Source of the DNA: the human T2T-CHM13v2.0 reference genome, Homo sapiens
DNA length: 64,000 nucleotides
Assembly (NCBI RefSeq): GCF_009914755.1
Contig: NC_060932.1
Strand: one strand, 5' to 3'
This document shows, piece by piece, positions 58,915 through 64,000 of this stretch. The notes below the pieces were generated by a model that worked only from the letters and a program-made list of their open reading frames with translations, was not told where the DNA came from and did not search any database. Numbering within the stretch: position 1 is the first letter of the stretch; every line of letters begins with the position of its first letter. Made by a program: the position numbers and the translations under genes.

Positions 58915-60350
58915 CTTTTTTTTTTACTTTTTATTTTAAAATTATTATATATTTATAGGAAGTTGCAAAGGTAATAAAGAGGTTTCATGTATCCTTCACC
59001 TGGTTTCCCACATTGTTATATCACACATAATTATAGTATAATTTCAAGACCAGGAATTTGACATTAGTACAATGTGTGTTCATAGTAACCGCAACAATCA
59101 AGGTACAGCACTACTCATAACATCACCACAAAGATAACACTCATCCTACCTCACCCACTTCCTCCCTACCACAATCTGTACCCCTAACAACCACTAATCT
59201 GCTTTCCATCTCTTTAATTTTGTCATTTTGAAAATGCTATATAAGTGGAATCATATAGTATGTGATATTTTGAGATTGGCTTTGTTCACGTCACATAATG
59301 CTCTTGTGATCCGTCTAAGTTGTGCTTGTAACAATAGTTGTTTTTTATTGATAAGTAGTATTCCACAGTATAAATGTACCAAAGTTAACCATTCAGGAAC
59401 ATTTTGGTTCTTTCCATTTTGGGGTAATTATTTACAAAGCTGCTGTGAACAAAGCTGTACAGGTTTATGAGTGAACATAAGTCTTCATTACTCTGTGATA
59501 AATGCCCAAGAATGCAAATGCTGGGTCATATGGTAAGGGTGTGTTTAGTTTTTAAAGAAAGTATCCAACTATTTTCCAGAGTGGCTGTACCATTTTACAT
59601 TCCACCAGCAATGTGTGAGAGATCCAGCTATTCCGCATCATTTTCTAAAGGGATTCTTTGGTTTTCTTACTGTTGAGTTTTGAGAATTCTGTATATGTTA
59701 CAGTAGTAGTTCTTCATCAGATATGTAGTTTGCAAATATTTCCTCCCAGTTATAGTTTATCTTTTCATCCTTTTAACAGGGACTTTCACAAAGCAAAATG
59801 ATAATACCAAATGCCCACCAGCATTTGGTATTATCACTGTTTTCTGTTTAGCTGTTCTAATAGATGTGTAGTGATATCTCATCTTGGTATTAATTTGCAT
59901 TTTCCTAACTGCTAATGATATCGAACACCTTTTTATATGCTAATTTGCCACCCATACGTGGTTTTCAGTGAAATGTCTCTCATGTCTTAAGCTCATTTTC
60001 TAAAGGGATTCTTTGGTTTTCTTACTGTTGAGTTTTGAGAGTTCTGTATTTGTTACAGTAGTAGTTCTTCATCAGATATGTAGTTTGCAAATATTTCCTC
60101 CCAGTTATAGTTTGTCTTTTCATCCTTTTAACAGGGACTTTCACAAAGCAAAAATTTTAATTTTGATGAAGTCCATATTTTTTCTTCTATGGATCATGCT
60201 TTTGCTGTCATCTCTAAGCACTTTTCACCAAGTTCTACTTACTGAAGATTTCCTTTTTTGTTATCTTCTGTAAGTTTTATAGTTTTATGTTACATATGTA
60301 ATCTGTGATCCACCTTGAATTCATTTTTTAATAAGATGCAGGACTTAAGT
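58915..60350 (-). mobile_element. Old L1 (L1MC-type) 3' portion in intron 3
   Basis: caaccactaatctgctttccatctct, ttccagagtggctgtaccattttacattccaccagcaatgt. Confidence 0.8.
59638..60153. repeat. 161-bp direct duplication (59638-59798 / 59993-60153) with a 16-bp inverted repeat at 59799-59836
   Basis: 3 mismatches between copies; tgataataccaaatgc-ccacca-gcatttggtattatca. Confidence 0.95.
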
Positions 60351-60779
60351 GCTGAAGACACTGGCTATTGTGATTTCACAGCTATACTATATCTAACTGA
60401 GTGTAAATAAAAAGTAGTTTTTGAGTAATTAATACTAAATGTAACTCACCATATTTTTATGTATCATTTTGCTATACTTCTTTTAATAACATGTAATCAG
60501 AAAATTATTATAAATATAAAAAATGTTCAAAGAAATCAGTAATAGAGAAGTTGAAACAACAGGGAAATTAAAACAAGAAATGTGAGAGAAAATAAGTGGG
60601 AAAAATTTTTATTGAAGACACTCCTCTCCTTAGAATAAAGTGGTAGGGGAAAGGAGAGAGAAGCAAGCTGCTGCCTCAGTATTGCTAAGAAAAAAAGAGA
60701 CTAATCTATTCCATCAATTATAGAACCATCAAGTAGAAATACCTTAATGGTCAACTAGTTCTCTGATACTTCACTGCAA

Positions 60780-61950
60780 CAATCCCTGTCTCCCAAAGCA
60801 GTTATCCTGTAACAGGGAGTCTTAACATCCTTAATTGAATAATTGTGACATTTTCTTAAATGATCAACCAAAATTCCTTCCTGGTTGCTTCCACACATTG
60901 ATCCTAGTTCAACTTTTTGTGATAAACAGAATAAATCCAATTTAGTTACTTCAGCAAGACAGCCCTTTCAATATTTGAAGATAGCTATGAGCTGTCTCCC
61001 AAACCCTCACGTACAAGTGCATTTTATCCATCTCCCTGATAAATACCCTTTAGTTCCTTCAACTCGTTTTCTTATTACATGGATTTTAATCCTTGGTGCT
61101 ATGTAGATGCATCATTTTGTTTAAATCTCACTTAAATGTTGATCGTCAGAACTGAACACAATACTATTTTTGGTGCGGTTTGATGAATGCAGACTTTAGT
61201 GAAAGTGTCATTTCCTTGGCCCTAAATACTTAATAGTTCCTTAATAATTCATCAGCTTTCCAGGGGTAGTCATATCACATAGTTCAAATTGGGCTTAGTG
61301 TCAACAAAAAACCCTTGGAGGTTCTTTTTGCCACGTATCGTTGCTTAAGCCACCTCTTCTTAAGCAACAAAGTACACAAAATAATGTACTTTGCAGAATA
61401 CTTTCTAGATATGATCAAATTTTATCTTGTTAGATTGGAGCAATTGCTTCAGTCTCTTAAGACCTTTTTGAATGTTATTTCTATAATCCAAAGGTTTTAA
61501 GTTTCTCTCCAAGTTTTGTGTGATGCTGAAATTTAATTAGCTAATTTTTTGTATCTTTAAGTCATGATTAAATATGAACCAGTACAGAGCTTGAATCAGA
61601 GCTGTATCACATGGCCATAAGAACCTTCATCTGGGTCAATATCAGTCCTTTTGTTAATCCGCGCTTTTGGAGAACACTCATTCAGTTTGTCTGGAATACT
61701 CCTAAAAGTGCTATTATACAGCCCATATTTCTTCATTCTGTCCTTAAAAATTTTTCTGAAAGTCTTTGCTTAACTGCTTTTCTCAGCTGTTCTCATGACT
61801 TAGTCATCTTGGTCCTTTTCTGTGAATTCAATTTTAAAATTCTTGATTATTTTTATTTTTTTTCTTAAATTGACTCTTTTATTGTAGCAAATGAATGAAA
61901 AATTCATTTATTCTACCCCTCCTTTTTGGGAATGGAGGCCATAATTTTTT
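60780..61950 (-). mobile_element. CR1/L3-like LINE relic
   Basis: gacagcccttt..atatttgaagatagctat, cagaactgaacacaatact; resemblance only. Confidence 0.45.
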
Positions 61951-62931
61951 TTATCTCAAATTCATCTAAATGCTAATAAAAATTATGTATTTTGTTAAAA
62001 TTGGTAAAAAATATAGGAGGTAAACAATGGAAACAAATGATGTGCTGCATGGAGCTCATTTCACTCTGCTGAATTCTAAAGTATGCAGTAAAATATTTTA
62101 AGTAATTTCAGTGTCTTTTAGGATTTCCCATACTCCCTTGTCAATTAAATATTATTTCTGTTCTTACATTTTGTCTTACATTTTTAAAAAATAAAGTAAA
62201 AAATAAGGAAGCTTTTAAATATTTAGTTATAAGATACTGTATAATATGTGCATAAGATTTACAACTGAAGCAAAACTGTACAGGACATATCAAAGGCACA
62301 GAATATTGTCACTGATAATTCTTTAGGCACCCATTGTATTGGACATAAATATGTTTTCTTTGCAATTATACTGTTTCCATGAAATACTTCTTTTAGTGAT
62401 CAGCATAAAATTGTATAATAATTACCTTTACAATTTTGAGATTTAGTGTATTTCTTAATTTAAGGATGCTACCTTTAGGGCATTATTAATACAACTGTAT
62501 AAACCAGAATTGTAAACAATGACCAGTGACAATTGCATGAGATGTGAGTAGACTTGGCAGCTCTGTGAGATGTAGGAAGCACATGGTATCAAGCTATATG
62601 TCATGAAAAGTAAGGTGTGCAAGGTACACACTCATTGAGAATATCAGACAAAAAATGCCTCTGCTCAATTTTCAAAAATTAGTCTCTCTTTTGAAATTTG
62701 TAATGTTATATTAAACTTTAACTCAGTATGTATTGCTCCTAGAGTTATTTGGCTCAGCAGTGTGGAATTTAATTTTGTAAGAAGTTGGGGGAATATACAG
62801 AAATAAAATATTAAAATATATTACATTTTCTCTGGTTTGATATCTAAATACAGTGAATATACAAAAAGATAGTTGACTTTTGGACTTTTTAAAGAGGAAA
62901 TTTCTTAATTATTTGCTCTTGTCCCTTACAG

Positions 62932-63089
62932 ATTGCAGATTTTGGTTTATCAAAGTGGCGCATGATGTCCCTCTCACAGTCACGAAGTAGCAAATCTGCA
63001 CCAGAAGGAGGGACAATTATCTATATGCCACCTGAAAACTATGAACCTGGACAAAAATCAAGGGCCAGTATCAAGCACGATATATATAG
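62932..63089 (+). CDS. RIPK2: RIPK2 coding exon 4 (DFG and activation loop); gene continues beyond the window
   Basis: cccttacag| [52 protein letters not shown](S) |gtagag; 158 nt. Confidence 0.98.
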
Positions 63090-64000
63090 GTAGAGTAAAG
63101 TTGCTTCTGCTCAGATTTAACCTTGTCTCAGACACAAAATTAGTCAACCAGAATTTTGAAGCTACATTTTAAACTGTGATTTTTATTCTTCTCTCATAAT
63201 TGTGGTGAAAATAAACTTGAGGCCCCACGGTGATTAATATTTTTCAAATTAAGGAAATTTAATGATTTGCTTTAAGAAACTTTTACATCCTTTAAGAAAT
63301 TTTAAAGCATCTCTTCTTATCCTATCAATTTATAATATAATAGTTAAGGATTTTTATCATATGTGACTTGGAAATGCAGAGGGAAACAGTGGTTCCTAAC
63401 ATTTTAGCTTTAGGTTTCTCAACCTGTTCAACCTTTTAGCTTTTGATATCTATATATCTTTTTAGATAAATAGACAAACTCTTAATCACACTGGGGATAT
63501 TTCTATTTAAAGAATCCCTAATATTTGTATATGTGTGAATTTTTTATACAACAAATCAATGGGTTTGATAAGATCATATTTTCATATTTCAGATGCATAT
63601 TACTTATAATCTCATAATGCAGTAATAAGCATAACACATTGTTATTGACACTGGTTATTTAACCAGAATAAAAGGAAGATGATTATTTACACAGGTTTAG
63701 GAGATGGGGACATTCACCTCATGTATAAGTTACTCTTATCTCTTTTAATATACTAATGAATGCAAAAGCAGACTCTCTAAGTTTGCTCTGAACACATTTT
63801 ATAGTCCTTTAAATGGCTTTTTGCCATCTTTAATAAATAATTTGTTAATGAATCATTTTAGGAATGAATGCTATATCTCTACCAGAAAACTATATATTTA
63901 ATTAAATTGCATATTCCTTTTCTTCAAAAGCATTTTAATTTTTGTTATTTCTCATTAAAACCAAAGCCAGCCAATCCATTTTAGTGGCTGCACTAAAACA

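Overview
Human (primate) genomic DNA containing the 5' half of RIPK2 (receptor-interacting serine/threonine kinase 2) and about 50 kb of repeat-dominated upstream sequence. RIPK2 is represented by a CpG-island promoter and coding exons 1-4 on the + strand (51221-63089, most of the kinase domain). The upstream region holds a full-length but inactivated L1PA4/5-type LINE-1 inside an MLT1 LTR, a full-length L1PB1-type LINE-1 nested in an older L1, solo LTRs (THE1, MLT1, LTR6, LTR7) and about a dozen Alus, including a young AluYb8. Almost all other ORFs in the track are repeat or CpG-island shadows, and no new protein-coding system is evident. The most notable unexplained structures are four. (1) An ~810-bp, ~97%-identical inverted duplication (38405-39212 / 42456-43267) within a multi-junction rearrangement. 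(2) A templated 161-bp duplication plus a 16-bp fold-back in RIPK2 intron 3. (3) A dense GAS/kappaB/ISRE motif cluster at ~23.1-23.5 kb that looks like an interferon/NF-kB enhancer. (4) A strong-context uORF in the RIPK2 leader. Repeat subfamily calls come from recalled consensus features and were not checked with RepeatMasker.
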